Positions 14,480 to 26,624 of a stretch of DNA of 64,000 nt are shown piece by piece (position 1 is the first letter of the stretch; each line of letters starts with the position of its first letter). A program made the position numbers and the translations under genes. This stretch comes from the human T2T-CHM13v2.0 reference genome, Homo sapiens. Below the pieces are notes generated by a model. It did not search any database. It saw only the letters and a program-made list of their open reading frames with translations, and was not told where the DNA came from. The stretch lies in the NCBI RefSeq assembly GCF_009914755.1, contig NC_060944.1. One strand, written 5' to 3'.

Positions 14480-14610
14480 GGAGGGAGCGCAGCTAATTGC
14501 CCGTACAAATTAACTCTAATGTGGTCGGCATCGACATACTTATCTTTCTTTAATTACATTAATCAATTAATGAAGAAGATGGCTTCCTCTTATTATGATT
14601 TCCAAGGCCC
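14480..14610. promoter_or_regulatory. Candidate enhancer / conserved non-coding block
   Basis: Unique, AT-rich, clustered TAAT/ATTA motifs (CTAATTG, TAATTA, ATTAATCAATTAAT) with retained CpGs; conservation not tested. Confidence 0.3.
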
Positions 14611-15054
14611 ATATGTTCTCGGGAGTCCAGCTGGAGTTGGGCTTCTTCTCTGTCCCTGGCTTGAATGGAGAACTGAGTGACATCAATAGGAGAAATTGTC
14701 CCCCAGGCCTTCTCCACCCTGAAGCTGATCTTCAAGATGGGAGAGGTAAGAAAACAGAAGCAATGATCCCCGGAAATGGTAACCAATGGGAGAGGCCTAA
14801 ACTCCTTGACTCAGCATTCAAGGCCCTTCTCCAACATTGTTCATGGTTCCTTTGACCCAGGTTTATCAGCCTGGGCAGACTGATTTTCTCTGAGCTGCCC
14901 TTGCATCCTCCAGCGTCCAATGCATTCATGCCATTTCCTCTACCAGGAAGGCCAGCTCCCATCAGTCAGGGTCCAGGTCAGTCCAGTGGGTTTGTCACCT
15001 CCTCATGAGAACCCTATAGAAGGCCTACCCTGCAGTAATCTCCTTCACTTGTTA

Positions 15055-15801
15055 ATTTTTTTCAGCTTTATTTAGGTATAATTGACAAATTAAAATTGCA
15101 TACTTTTAAGATATATAACTGGATGTTTGATATACATACACATTATGAAATGATTACCACAATCAAGCTAAGTACCATACCCATCACCTCACTTGGTTAC
15201 CATTTTCTTTTCTTTTTTTTCCTCTGTGTATGTGTGTGTGGTGAGAACACTTAACATCTACCCTCCCAGCAAGTTTCAAATATGCAATATAGCATTGGTC
15301 ACTATAGTCGCCCGGCTCTACATTAACTCTCCAGAACTTGTTCATCTGGCATAACTGAGACTTGGTACCCCTTAACCAACATCTACCCCCAGCCCCGGGC
15401 AGCCACCATTCTACTCCCTCCTTCTATGTGTTCGGCTGTTTTAGATTCCACATGTTAGCGAAATCTTACAGTGTTTGTCTTTCTGTGTCTGACATTTCAC
15501 TTAGCATAATGCCTTCCAGGTTCATTCATGTTGTTGGGAATGACAAGATTTTCTTCTTTTATAAGTTTGAATAATAATTCACATTTATTATTCACATTTT
15601 CTTTATCCATTTATCTATTGACAGACATTTAGGTTGTTTTCATATCTTAACTACTGTGAATATTGGTACAGCCATAATGGAAGACAGTATGGAGGGTCCT
15701 CAAAACATTAAAAATAGAGCTACCATATGATCCAGCAATCCCACTTATGGGTGTATAAGGAAATAAAATCAGTATTGCAAAGAAATATCCTCACTCCCAT
15801 G
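15055..15801 (-). mobile_element. L1MA9/10-like 3' end with inverted 5' segment (15666-15801 on +)
   Basis: Minus-strand 3'UTR AGCTTTATTTAGGTATAATTGACAAA...; then plus-strand GTACAGCCATAATGGAAGACAGTATGGAGG...CACTCCCATG. Confidence 0.75.
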
Positions 15802-15954
15802 CATTCATTTTTCATTCAACAAATATTTACAGTCCCTCCCCTTGTGTAACTTCTAAACCTTCGGGACAGACAGACACTAAACAGACAAATAATTACATAG
15901 ACTGGTGGTTCTCGTCCACTAGAATCATCAGGGGAGCTTTTAAAAATATGCTGC

Positions 15955-16220
15955 TCACGTGGGCCCAGTGGCTCACACCTGTCATCCCAGCACTTTGGGA
16001 GGCCAAGGCAGGTGGATCACTTGAGGCCAGGAGTTCAAAACCAGCCTGGCCAACGTGGCAAAATCCCATCTCTACTAAAAATACAAAAATTAGCCAGGCG
16101 TGGTGGTGCAAGCCTGTAGTCCCAGCTACTCGGAGGCTTGAACCCAGGAGGCAGAGGTTGCAGTGAGCCGAGATCACACCACTGCACTCCAGCCTGGGTG
16201 GCAGAGCGAGGCTCTTTCTC

Positions 16221-16224
<4 letters not shown>
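15955..16224 (+). mobile_element. AluS (small right-arm deletion)
   Basis: Dimer; CTACTCGGAGGCTTGAACCC lacks the GAGGCAGGAGAATC block; tail converted to (CA)n. Confidence 0.9.
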
Positions 16225-16257
<33 letters not shown>

Positions 16258-16280
16258 ACACACAGACACACACACACACA
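16225..16280 (+). repeat. (CA)n microsatellite in Alu tail
   Basis: Direct reading: CA repeat with GA interruptions. Confidence 0.95.
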
Positions 16281-16592
16281 AAGTGTGATGCTTAAGCTTC
16301 ATCCCAGAAAAACTAAAGCTGAATCTCTGAGGGCACAAGCTGGGCATCAATTATTTTTTTAATTGCCTAGGTAATGCTAGTGTGCAGTCAGGCTGACATG
16401 CTGGCATGGGGGATAAAGGAGGGTAATTGTAAGGAGGGTAATCTGCAATGCTGCCACCCGGGCTTGCTTTCCCTAGAGGTTTTGAAAGTATGATCAGTCA
16501 ATTGTGTTTTTTGTAATTATTTATTTAAATAAGATAAACTTATATTAGCCACCCCGTCTTCCATGTATAAAGAAGTCACAAATTACTTAGAT

Positions 16593-16749
16593 CAGTGCTT
16601 CTCAAACTGTAGCAAACATCGGAATCACCTGGAGGGCTTGTTGAACCAGATCACTGGGCACCACTTCGAGCCCAAGAATTTGCATCTCTCACAAGTTCCC
16701 AGGTGACACTGATGCTGCTGGTCTGGAAACTCCACTTTGAGAAACACTG
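16593..16749 (-). mobile_element. MER5A (hAT-Charlie MITE)
   Basis: TIRs CAGTGCTTCTCAAA / TTTGAGAAACACTG; GAATCACCTGGAGGGCTTGTT. Confidence 0.85.
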
Positions 16750-17009
16750 AATTGGAGCAAGGTTTAAAGAAATTCAAGTGGTTGAGCACCTTCCTTCCTC
16801 ACTAAACATCTGCTGTTCACAGACTCTGTTTAACCAAACTCTGCTGCTTTCTCGCAAGCTGATGTAGAAAGCCTTCAGATCTCCTTTGTTAGGAGAAGAA
16901 GCTGTGAAAAATCATACCTCTCCATCATACATGTGCCTGTTTTCACTGCAGGATGTTTCACAACCACATTGCTTCAGAGCAGGCAACTTCTCTTCTTTAA
17001 CTGCCAATT

Positions 17010-17184
17010 TCTCATCACAGCAGTGGCTGTCAGCATCAGCATCACTGGACACCTGTTAGACATGCAAATTCCTGGCCTACTCCAGGCCCACTTAATCAGA
17101 AACTCTGGGAGTGAAGCCCAGCAGTCTGTGAACTAGGAAATCACACAGGTGATTCTGATGTACTCTCAACTATGAGAACCACTG
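17010..17184 (+). mobile_element. MER5A
   Basis: CAGCATCAGCATCACTGG...ATGCAAATTC...AATCAGAAACTCTGGG...TGAGAACCACTG. Confidence 0.8.
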
Positions 17185-17269
17185 GCCTAGAAAAAAACGT
17201 GTTAATTGCCCCTTCGAATTCTTCAGGATCCTATTCACTCTGATTATTTGTATCATTTCTTTCATAAAA

Positions 17270-17470
17270 ATAATAATAATTTGCTTCCATTTGTCAAGTC
17301 TTCCTATGTGCCAGGGACTGTGCTAAGTACTTTACATTAAAGATCTTATTTAAACCTTGGAACAACCCAATATTCATTATACTATTTTATAGATAAGGAA
17401 ACTAAAGCTTGGAGAGGTTGAGAGTTCGGCCCACCTGTTAAGTGGCAAACCCAGGAAAACACTGCTCTCT
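17270..17470 (-). mobile_element. MIR
   Basis: TATGTGCCAGGGACTGTGCTAAG ... ATTTTATAGATAAGGAAACTAAAGCT. Confidence 0.7.
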
Positions 17471-17507
17471 GCCCCACCCCGGTTCATCTTTTCCAAACAT
17501 TAGGCAT

Positions 17508-17881
17508 TGTATTAAGTGTGTTCTCACACTGCTATAAAGAACTACTTGAGACGGGGTAATTTATGAAGAAAAGACGTTTAATTGACCCAGTTCTGTAGGC
17601 TGTACAAGAAGCATGGCTGAGAGACCTCAGGAAACACAATCAAGGCTGAAGGTAAAAGGGAACAAACATGTCTTACCATGGCGAGCAAGAGAAAGAGAGT
17701 GAAAGGGGAAGTGCTACACACTCTTAAACAACCAGATCTTATGAGAACTCACTATCACAAGAACAGCAAGGGGGAAATCTGCCCCCATGATCCAATCACC
17801 TCCCACCAGGTACCTCCCCCAACTTTGGGAATTACAATTCGACATGAGAGTTGGGTGGGGACACAGAGCCAAACCATATCA
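17508..17881 (-). mobile_element. THE1D-like MaLR solo LTR
   Basis: TGTATT...CCAAACCATATCA termini; near-match 5-bp TSD GGCAT/GGCAC. Confidence 0.9.
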
Positions 17882-18236
17882 GGCACTTATCACACCCATA
17901 TGGCTGTGGTTTATACCTCCATTGTAGTGCTTTCCCCCAGTCATAAGATTTGTTTAATATCTCACTACTTTTTTCTACCCAAATACCTGCTTTTTAAAGC
18001 TAGTGTTCATTTTCTTAAAAAAAACTAATTGTTGAAATGTTTTAAAATCATCTGTTTGCTGCCCTAACTGATATCATGCATTTTTCTTTTATGAAAATTG
18101 TAAAGCTCAGTTAAATGTTTAAAATGCAAAGAGCAGACACCCAAGTTTCCTTACTGGAATGAAATGTAAATGGAAAGTGGCACTCCACAGGTACAACTAC
18201 CTTAAGGTCCATATTGCTTAAAAGAGTGGAACTCAA

Positions 18237-18370
18237 GAGCCAGGAGCCATGACTTGCACCAGTAGTCCCAGCTACTTGGGAGGCTGAGGTGGGAGGATTG
18301 CTTGAGACCAGCTCAAAGCCTCAGTGAACCATGATCATACTACTGCACCCCAGCCTGGGTGACAAAAAAA
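18237..18370 (+). mobile_element. FRAM/FAM-type Alu monomer
   Basis: Right-arm-only Alu; TSD AAGAGTGGAACTCAA / AAGAATGGAACTCAA. Confidence 0.8.
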
Positions 18371-18629
18371 AGAATGGAACTCAACGTGAAAAGTATGTGA
18401 CCTCAAGTCCAAACAGTCATTCTCCAATACATTGGAAGCCTATTACTCACATCCGAAGGTGTTTTAATCAGCCAGTCAACCCGTTATCTACCATGTGGAT
18501 GAAGTGGTCAACGTGACTCACCTGGAAATGTGCTACGGGATAGAGATTATTCCAAAACATGGCAATAACTACCTGGTGTCTTCAGCAGGAGTAATGTGCA
18601 ACTACTCTGTGTTACAATCACAGACAGCC

Positions 18630-18718
18630 TACGGTGACCAACAGGCCCCAGTTTGCCCAGGACTGTCCCAGTTTTGACACTGAAAGTTCTGAGTCCCAGA
18701 AAACAGTTGGCCACCCTA
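18630..18718. mobile_element. MER94-like hAT MITE
   Basis: GGTGACCAAC...GTTTGCCCAGGACTGTCCCAGTTTT...GTTGGCCACCCTA terminal inverted repeats. Confidence 0.65.
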
Positions 18719-18863
18719 ACAGCACCATGCTTGACTCACATCAAGGTGCATGAGAAGGAGTTTCTGTTTCCCTTTGGCCAGCCAGGGGCCTGGGTCTAGG
18801 GCTCCCATGGGGCAGGACACTCTGGCCAGGATCAGTGTCAAAGAACTGCCTAGCAGAAGGAAT

Positions 18864-19143
18864 ATGTCTTAGTTCCAGCTGCTCTAGCAAAATACTGTAA
18901 TCTGGGTGGGTTTAAACAAGTATTTATTTCTCACATTGCTGGAGGCTGGAAATCCGATATCTCTCTTATACCCTCAAAGAGAGAGCTCTGGTGTCTTCAT
19001 CCCTTCATAAGGGGCAATGAATCCCATCAGGATATTTTTCTCATGTCCTAACTACTGCCCTAAAGCCCTGCCTCTTAATACCATCATATTGAAGATTTAG
19101 TCTTCAACATATAAATTTGAGGGGACCCATTCAGTCCATAGCA
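18864..19143 (-). mobile_element. MLT1A-like LTR (internally deleted)
   Basis: TGTCTTAGTTCCAGCTGCT ... CATTCAGTCCATAGCA. Confidence 0.75.
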
Positions 19144-19699
19144 GGGTACTTGGGGACAGAAGGGAAACTAGTCTGAGCAGTGACCACATTTCCTCCTAAC
19201 TGCCCTCCCCTCCCCCAGGTAAACTCCAGATGATTCTGGGGCAGGAGCTCCACCCCCACGTATCAACCTCTTCCTCCAATAGAAACAAAGCCCAGGCCAG
19301 TCCTCTGGGATGGGAGGGAGGGGACATCAACAGAGGACAGAGACAGCTGAAGACTCCATTCCTGGCTTCCTCTCGGCTCTCCTGTGCCACAGAAGGCAGA
19401 GAAGGTGGGAGAAAATGTCCATCCAGCCCTAAAACCCTGGGCCTCCTGAGCTGGCTGGGCCACCCTGCTGCCCACAGTGGGTCCACAAAAGCAGGGGCTT
19501 GGCAGCTGAGACGGTGAGCTGATGAGGCCACCCATGATAGGTGGGTGCTTAGTGCACACCTAGACAATGTGTAAGTGCTCAGTGAATCTGAGCTGTTTTT
19601 AAGCAGCTATCGCCCACTGGGACCCAGGACGTGCAGAATGGGCTCATCCTCCCTCCCTCCGCCTCTCCTGTTCCCATTGCAGCCCCACCTCTTCCATTG

Positions 19700-19860
19700 C
19701 TGTGTGGCTGAGAGTTACCCTGAGTGTCAGTTTTCTCATCTACAAAATAGAAAGAGTAATAGTCCCAACCTCACAGAGTCTCCCTGGGGAGTAAATGAAA
19801 CAGGGTGTGTAGTAGCCTACTTTGGACGTAGTAAAGGCTCAGTGAGATCATCATTGTCAT
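19700..19860 (+). mobile_element. MIR
   Basis: CTGAGTGTCAGTTTTCTCATCTACAAAATAG. Confidence 0.65.
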
Positions 19861-19994
19861 TCCTCTTATCACCAAGGGCACCCAGGGGTTGGGGAGGCAC
19901 TGAGGCAGGAAGAGGAGGGGAGGGTCCCACATCCTTCCTCAGCCTCGAAGCAGGAGGCCTGAGCTCCATATCCTATTTGTTCTTTCCACAACAC

Positions 19995-20241
19995 CAGTGC
20001 CGACTTCTCCATTAGGCATTGTAGCAATTCAGTGTCCACAACATTTTAGAGACCCACAGAATGTTCTCATTTCCTTCAAAATCAAGTAAAATATAAACTT
20101 TTAGGTTAGACAGACATGTTTCATTTTCTTCTTTCATCAGAAACAAATAGAATTTTTAGGACCCATGAAAATCTATTCTTGTGGGAGGGGCCCATGAAGG
20201 CAGAAGCGTCTAGGGCCCACAAAAGTCACAATGCAGCCCTG
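19995..20241. mobile_element. hAT-Tip100-type DNA transposon fossil (ORSL/MER45-like)
   Basis: CAGTGCCGACTT...CATTAGGCA start and CTAGGGCCCAC...GCAGCCCTG end. Confidence 0.5.
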
Positions 20242-20272
20242 CTCAAAAGACAAAAACAAAAAACTGTGCCTG

Positions 20273-20580
20273 GGCCGGCCGCGGTGGCTCATGCCTGTAA
20301 TCCCAGCACTTTGGGAGGCCGAGGCAGGCGGATCACTTGAGGTCAGGAGTTCGAGAACAGCCTGGGCAATATGGTGAAACCCCGTCTCTACTAAAAATAC
20401 AAAAATTAGCCGGGCATGGTGGTGGGCACCTGTCCCAGCTACTCGGGAGGTTGAGGCACGAGAATCGCTTGAACCCAGGAGGCGGAGGTTGCAGTGAGCC
20501 GAGATCATGTCACTGCATTCCAACCTGGGCAATAGGGCAAGACTCAGTCTCAAAAAAAATAAAAAATAAAAATAAAAAAA
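20273..20580 (+). mobile_element. AluS
   Basis: Full dimer, CpG-rich, A-tail. Confidence 0.95.
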
Positions 20581-20619
20581 TCCTGTACCTGCCTTTTTTT
20601 CATCCCCACTGCTGCACCC

Positions 20620-21130
20620 GTCCTAACTCAACCCATGTCCACCTCTCACCTAGACAATGACCAGAGCCTCCCAGCAAGTCTCCCAGCCTGTCTCTGAAAT
20701 CCTTGTATCTGTCCTCCACAGAGCAGCCAGCATGATCTGTCGAAATCACAAATCTGACCTTGCCTCCTCCCTCCTGAAAACCTGCTGTGCCTCTGGATTG
20801 CCCTCAAGACAAAAGTCCAAACTCCCCTGCAAGGCACACAAGTCCCCAGGGGGCACTCAGCTGCACTCTCCTGCACGCGCCCAGCCTTCCTGCTTTCACA
20901 CCTCCACACCTTTGCACTTACAGTGCCCTCTACCCAGAACACCCTTTCCCCCGCAAACTCCTAACCATCCTTCAAAGCCCAGCTCCTCTCAGAGAAATTC
21001 CACTCATTTGTCATATTGTGATTTTGAGTGAATATCACCTCGAGGTCAAGGACTATGTTTTCTTCCTTTTCATCCCCCCAACCACCTCCCCAGTGCCTAG
21101 CTTACAGCGACTGTCTGGCAGTGTTTATTG
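20620..21130 (+). mobile_element. L2
   Basis: CTCTCACCTAGAC, CCACAGAGCAGCCAGCATGATCT, CCTTTGCACTT, CCCAGTGCCTAGC. Confidence 0.65.
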
Positions 21131-21949
21131 TTCCCCTGAGGTCATGGTCAGCATCGGGGTGCTCCTCTAACCCACTGCTCCCTGCCCCGGCACCGCTGCA
21201 GTCCTGTGATTTCCAAATGCCAAGGGAAGTTCTGTGGTCCTATTCATCTTTTCCTTGTCTGGCAGGCTGGGAGTGCAGCCCCTCTGGGGCGCACAGACAG
21301 CAGAGTAGCCCTGAATGGGTCAACCTTTCACCAACAACACCCACCTCAAATAAAAGCCATCAGCTTGCCAGGATTGGAGAGGAAGCTTCAAGTCCCCAAG
21401 AAAAACCCAAGGGCCATGTTCAGAGACTTGGCCAGAACTGAGCCCTGTTCAGCCTTTGTCTGTGTGTGACAGTGTGCCTCTCTGTGCCTCAGTTTCTCCA
21501 TCTCATAACAGTGAATTGGTCTAAAGCCTCGAAAGAAAGGGTTCTTCCAACTCCGGCTGCACAGCCTCTTCCAGGGCCTCCCATCAGCCCAGACCCAGTT
21601 ACCAACGCAGAGGGAAGAGTGCCACCTACTGACTCCCAGCCTCCCTCCAAGACACTGAGCCACCAAAGGAGTCAGCGGAATGTGCAAAGCTCAAAGTGAG
21701 CAGTTGTCTGCATTCTCCCTTTGCAGAGCCGCAGCAACCTCCCCTTTCATGGGGCCAAGGGGCACCCCTCCAGCCTGGACAGAGAGCTTTAGCTGCACTG
21801 CTCACCCCTGTTGTCCTCTGCTCCAAGCCCTGGAAAGCCAGGCGCCTCCACGCCATCCTGCATCTGTGCCAGGCCCAACAGCACGGTAGCCCCCGGCTGC
21901 CAGCCCCCCTCACACTGGGCCGGCGGCTAGAGGTGGAGAACAATGATCC

Positions 21950-22330
21950 CTATTGTGACTAAATTTCCCCCTGAAGATCTCATTCAAGATGTTAGAGTGA
22001 GCGATCATAAAAGGAATTAATAGTTGATTCGCTGTATAATTTCCTAGTTCAATATACTTTAGTGCAGCAACTAAATGAGGCGTCCCGGCCGTTCAGTGGG
22101 GCCAGATAGCGACTTTATCACTGGGATCTCAGGCTGAGGAATAAAAGCAATTCTTCTGAAGTAATTGCGTCTAATTAAAAGAAACATTTAAAAAGTGTAA
22201 CCAAAAGGAATTCATTTCAAATGGAAAATTAATGCTGAAAAATAGCCCTGAGCTCTCTTGTCGCAGCTAATAGCCAGGCAGCCGCAGAATAATTAAACTG
22301 TTTTGAAATGTCGATACCATCCTCATCGGG
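21950..22330. promoter_or_regulatory. Candidate developmental enhancer / conserved non-coding element
   Basis: Non-repetitive AT-rich block within GC-richer flanks, several retained CpGs, TCATAAAA, multiple TAATT/TAATTA, AGATAG/TTATCA motifs; conservation not tested. Confidence 0.45.
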
Positions 22331-22849
22331 AGAAGATGGGCACGGCTGAGCACATCCCGGGCATCAGCAAAGAGGATGGCTTCCAAAGACATGGCCAGCA
22401 GTTGGACTTGAGGTCAGCCACAGGCTTCCAGGTGGGGTGAGGCCCAAGTCACCACAGACAAGGCAGGAAAAGGTTTGTAATACAGTATTTAATGAAGGAA
22501 ACCCCACTTCCTGGATATCTGAGCACCCCACTGACTCTTCAGAACAACCCTGCAAGTCAAGTATCATTAGTAGTATTATCATCATCATCATCATTGCCAT
22601 CATCAGTTCAAAAAGGAGACTCCTTGTGACTAGCTACCTTGTCTAAAATCACAGCCAATATGTATTAACAGCAATCAGGATTTGAACTCAGGTCTGCCTG
22701 GCTCTGAAGTCCACATCAATTCCACTACACTGGATGTTAGGATTCAGCATCAGGAAAAAGGCTGTGTGTTTTCTAACACTGTCATTCTCAGTTCTGCCTG
22801 CATTAGACTCACCTGACACCCCCCTGAGGAGCTTTAAAAAACAGTCCCA

Positions 22850-23467
<618 letters not shown>

Positions 23468-23737
23468 TAACTGTGCAGCTCGGGTCTAGAACCATTAGTC
23501 TAAATCCCAGTCATCAGGCACCCTTCACCCCATGAACATTCCCTGAAATTTTCCTGCTCACTTCCCCCGGGGAGTTTTGCCTCGTGAAAAATCGAAGGGT
23601 GAACACTTCCCTTACAAGTTTGCAGCCAGGTTGAAATGAACTAAAAGAGACTAATTGAGAACCAGCACTTAGTACATGCTAAATAAATGTTAGTTTTGAA
23701 ATGGGGGGCAGCAAGAAGTAAGAACCCAAGATGAAAT

Positions 23738-24369
23738 CGTCCTAAAGGAGTCCTGAAGCAGACCCCAAGGGAAGGTTCTTGGACCTTGAGCAAGAAAGAA
23801 TTTGAGGCAAGTCCATAGGGTAAATTTAAAGCAAGTTTATTAGGAAAGTAAAGAAATAAAGAATGGTTACTCCATAGGCAGAGCAGTGGAATGGAATGCT
23901 TGACTAAGTATACTTATAGTAACTTTTTGGCTATATGTTTAACAAGGGGTGGATTATTCATGAGTTTTCCGGGAAAGGAGCAGGCAATTCCTGGAACTGA
24001 AGGTTCCTCCCCTTTTTAGACCATATAGGGTAACTTTCTGAGGTCCCATGGCATTTGTAAACTGTCATGGTGCTGGGGAGGCATGTCTTTTAGCATGCTA
24101 ATGCATTATAATTACCGTATAAGGAGAAGTAAGGACGACCCGAGGTCACTTTCATGACCATCTTGATTTGGGTGAGTTTTGGCCTGCTTCTTTACCACAA
24201 ACTGTTTTATCTTCAAGGTCTTTATGACCTATATCTTGTGCCAATCTTCTATCTCATCCTGTGACTAAGAATGTCTAACCTCCTGGGAATGCAGCCTGGT
24301 AAGGTCTCAGCCTTATTTTACTCAGCCGCTATTCAAGATGGAGTTGCTCTGGTTCAAATGCCTCCGAGA
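23738..24369 (-). mobile_element. MER41B-like ERV1 solo LTR
   Basis: Ends ATTCAAGATGGAGTTGCTCTGGTTCAAATGCCTC (reverse complement of the MER41 5' end); 4-bp TSD AAAT (23734-23737, 24370-24373); tandem GAS motifs. Confidence 0.88.
23967..23996. promoter_or_regulatory. Tandem STAT (GAS) motifs in MER41B
   Basis: TTCCGGGAA (23967-23975) and TTCCTGGAA (23988-23996), both perfect TTCNNNGAA. Confidence 0.65.
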
Positions 24370-24989
24370 AAATGTCTACCAAGCATTAACTATAGCTTCT
24401 AACTCCGTTAAAACCTGGGGCCAGGTGTGGAAAACTAAATCTGAAAAGCTTAACAGTGAAGATGATCTGGCCAGAAGGTTTATATACCAAAGTGAATTCA
24501 GAATGGGGGAAGATCACACTAGCTTTAGCACCAAATCTTACAGTTTTGTTTACAGTTACTTGAACTAGGCTAGGAGTTGCCTTCAATCAGTGATTATGGA
24601 GCATGCTTTAATGAACTAGAAGAACAATTCGTAATCCATGAGTTGTTTATTATGCTGAAAGACACTCCTAAAGACCTTGAGAATGTTCCCTAAAAGTTTG
24701 TCCCCCAAGTAGATTTAAACATGCACCTAAACCTTATTTACACCCTTATGATTTTCAGAAAACACCTTCTTTACACATATGCAAAGATCCCAGTGCCCCT
24801 TTTCTGAATTGCAAATACAACCCAATTTCCAAAGATCATCAGCAAGCACCATCTGCTTCATTATGGCTAAACCCCTTAAAAGGGAACCCGGGGTCTCTAA
24901 GGGTGATGGAGGACTTGGGATGAACCACTCATAAGAAAAGCATCATCTTACCTTCTGATGAAATGGTGCTTATAGTGACCACAGGGGAT

Positions 24990-25400
24990 TGGCCAAGGCT
25001 GAGGGATTTTCCCAACATTCTGAGGTTTTTTTGTTATTTCTTTGCCTGAGGACTTTCTCTGTCCACAAAAGCCACTTTGTCCACCTCTGTGGCATGCCAG
25101 AAGTGCCACACACACACCCAAAGCAGCTCTCAACCAATGCATGGTGAAAGTCGGTGGACAAATGCCCCAGCTCCCTCACCTCATGGGTGGAATAACTCTA
25201 TGGTGTAGTCCATACAGACTGCCACAGTTCCCCAGCACGATTAAGCCTCAACCACCCCGGGAGCGCTAACAGGATGATGGCCTCTTTATTGTCTGCCTTC
25301 TCCTCCCTGTCTCACTTCCTCACTCTCTTAGCTGTATTGCCTTTTATCTCCAAGATAAACTGCTTGCATTTGAGTCAATATCTGCTAGGACAGGGGTAAG
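24990..25400 (+). mobile_element. LTR16-like ERVL LTR
   Basis: GGACAAATGCCCCAGCTCCCTCACC ... CCCTGTCTCACTTCCTCACTC ... ATAAACTGCTTGCA. Confidence 0.6.
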
Positions 25401-25479
25401 AACAATACCTTTGGGACCATTGGGTTAGCAGTTGTGGTGGAGATCCACTCCAGTATGGCCCCTGTGCCTGCTGCACGAA

Positions 25480-25710
25480 AAGAGGATGGGCTTTTGGAGC
25501 AGAGATGCCTAAGCTCCAAATCTGGTCCAGCTATTTACCAGCTGTGTGACTTAGGGAAAGTCAGAGAGCCTCGCTGAGCCTCTCTGTCCTCTAGTAAGAT
25601 ATGGGAATAGTAATGGGAGCCACTGCAATCAGTTGTTGAAAAGATGCATTGAAATTCTGCAGACTAAGCCCATGGCACAAGCAGGTGTTTATTCAAAAAG
25701 TATTAGTAGA
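25480..25710 (+). mobile_element. MIR
   Basis: GCTTTTGGAGCAGAG...TTACCAGCTGTGTGACTTAGG...CTGAGCCTC. Confidence 0.65.
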
Positions 25711-25894
25711 TTTATTCCATAATGGGCTCTGAGTGTGGCACAGTGAGGTGTGCAAAGGATGAGGCCAGATCCCCCTTCCTGGAGCTCCCAGGGAGATCAG
25801 ATGTAAGGAGATTAGTCATGATGTTGCCATTTATGCTGGGAAACTCACGGGCTGGGGGCAGCTGGGGAGCTGCACCAAGGTCTCCAAGAGTCTA

Positions 25895-26097
25895 GCTGTG
25901 TGGTCCAATAGGAAGCCACCAACCACATGTGGCTATTTAAATTTACATTAATTAAAATTAAATACAATGTAAAATTCAGTTCCTCAGTCTCACTAGCCAC
26001 ATTTCAAGTTCTCAGTAGCCACATGTGGCTCGTGGCTACCATGTTGGGCAGTGCGGATCTAGAACATTTCCACCATCGTAGAAAGTTCTGCACTGGC
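25895..26097 (-). mobile_element. MER3 (hAT-Charlie MITE)
   Basis: GTCCAATAG...CCACATGTGGCTATTTAAATTT...AGAACATTTCCACCATCGTAGAAAGTTCT. Confidence 0.8.
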
Positions 26098-26104
26098 CTA
26101 GTAT

Positions 26105-26310
26105 TGACCCGGAATTCAGATCTAGCACTGTCCTTGCTGGCTGTCAGATTTGGGCATAGGTCCTTTCCTCCTTGAGCCTCAGTTTCTTCTCCTGTGAAAT
26201 GGGCTGTACTAATCATGTCACTCTAAGCAGCGCGGTTATTGCAAGCACCAAATTAAAAGTTTTCGTGAAACCACTAGACAAGCACCTTGTCTGGAAGACT
26301 CTAGAAGCAT
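26105..26310 (+). mobile_element. MIR
   Basis: TGAGCCTCAGTTTCTTCTCCTGTGAAATGGG. Confidence 0.6.
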
Positions 26311-26624
26311 AAATAACGTTGACCAAATCTACTTCAGCATTTGGTCTTGCCTTTCTTCATCTTAGATCCCGGGGTCCCGAACCTCCCTGTTTTTCTACCT
26401 GGGCCCTCACCACACTCCACTTCCATCCCCACTCCCCAATCCATCCTCTGTGATCACTGTCCCTCTCATCTCCAACTCCGCCCACGCCTTCAGGCAATCA
26501 GCACATAGACTAAGTCCTTACTGGGGTCTGCACAGACAGAACCAAAGGCTTGGACACATGAAGAGTGGAGATCAGGGAAAAGGCTTTCCTGGGCTCTAAG
26601 AGATGAGCTTGGAAAAGGGATGTC

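Larger units (their letters stand above)
15900..16395. mobile_element. MER5-like MITE split by Alu
   Basis: GGTGGTTCTC...AGAATCATCAGGGGAGCTTTTAAAAAT and AGGTAATGCTAGTGTGCAG halves. Confidence 0.5.

Noticed and set aside
18390-18680. Coding-looking unique stretch (ORF 18495-18677)
   Set aside because: No recognisable homology, and the 3' end runs into a MER94-like MITE; a translated search would be needed.
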